Origin: Catajapyx aquilonaris
Taxonomy: Eukaryota
Direction: 5' to 3'
Assembly: GCA_000934665.2 (NCBI GenBank)
Contig: JYFJ02000973.1
Span: 1 to 64,000, forward strand
DNA length: 64,000 nt
The stretch's first letter is position 1; each line of letters opens with the position of its first letter. Shown piece after piece: positions 63,201 to 64,000 of this stretch. Position numbers and translations under genes: made by a program. The notes below the pieces were generated by a model. The model saw nothing but the letters and a program-made list of their open reading frames with translations, made no database searches and was not told where the DNA came from.

Positions 63201-64000
63201 TACCGCGACGCTTCCGATTGGACCACGTCCTGCGCATGCGCAATGGGGTGGAGGCAGCGCCTCTGGAGGGTGAATAGAGGAACTATGGGCAAGCCACGCT
63301 ATACTTGCCATTGACATCATAGCCTAGTAAATTATTTAAGTTCGTGAATCATGCAAATAATCATACGAATGTAAAAATTAGTTTGCTAAGGGTAATAGAA
63401 TTAAACTGTTATGATTAATGATGGACATCTCTTTTATGAAATGCTATGAAAAAAAGTTGCTTGGTGCAAAAAATGTGCAAGCCTAAACCTTATTAATCAT
63501 AGTGCCACATATAAAAGAGTAATGAATAAAGGTGCACATGACAAAGAGTATTGCAATTTTGGCATGTGCTTTGATAACATGTAACATGCGATGATGAGCC
63601 CAGAACGAACCCCATGCATTGAAATAGGTATTTAAATTTTCATCATTCTGACAAGCGGGGCAGCCTTTGTTATTTGTTATTTTATTTGAGATGCGCAGCA
63701 CGCTAATAAGTATTCCTTCCACAGGGAAAATGCGATGTATTATGTGTGTATGTGCAGTATAATAAGCACTCGTTAGGAGTATGCTTTACTGCACATTTGG
63801 CGATCAGCAAAACCAACAGCAGAGAATATAACTTCATTAGTACTTCATTAGCAGAACTTCAGGTTATCCAGTGACCCAAACATGTCATTTTGTCGAGAAA
63901 ATAACTTGTAACAAAATGCATGAACCACAAGAGTACAGTACTTGCAACCTTTATTTCCATCAGCTTTGAAAATTCACGCGTGCCAGCTCTCCCCTAACAT

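Noticed and set aside
44300..64000. Short ORFs (e.g. 52181-52639, 57804-58217, 59932-60468) as genes
   Set aside because: No domain motifs, composition driven by homopolymers or repeats, and no consistent exon chain.
1..64000. tRNA, rRNA or snRNA genes
   Set aside because: None recognised by eye; a covariance-model scan (tRNAscan-SE/Infernal) would be needed to exclude them.

Overview
Eukaryotic genomic DNA with spliceosomal introns, most likely an arthropod or other invertebrate (inferred from gene content; the taxon cannot be fixed from sequence alone). Three host genes can be reconstructed by hand. (1) A giant, intron-dense large-lipid-transfer-protein gene on the minus strand (~5.3-23.6 kb) with apoLTP-like architecture: signal peptide, Vitellogenin_N, RKKR furin site, long beta region, helical region, VWD, C8 and VWA-like C-terminus. 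(2) UDP-N-acetylglucosamine pyrophosphorylase (UAP1/mummy) on the minus strand, core CDS 25791-30582, with a GC-AG intron, a skippable 69-nt exon at the position of the human AGX2 insert, and in-frame upstream exons reaching ~42.0 kb. (3) TBC1D7 on the plus strand (42292-44186), head-to-head with UAP1. The first 5 kb is accessory DNA: an internally deleted Helitron, a broken PIF1 helicase of a second Helitron-type element, two adjacent long foldbacks, and two spliced orphan small genes sharing exon-junction and 3' motifs. This block is the best candidate for an undescribed system. From 44 to 64 kb there is no recognisable protein gene, only Helitron/HINE-like and MITE-like repeats and simple repeats. 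All exon structures are manual predictions without transcript support.
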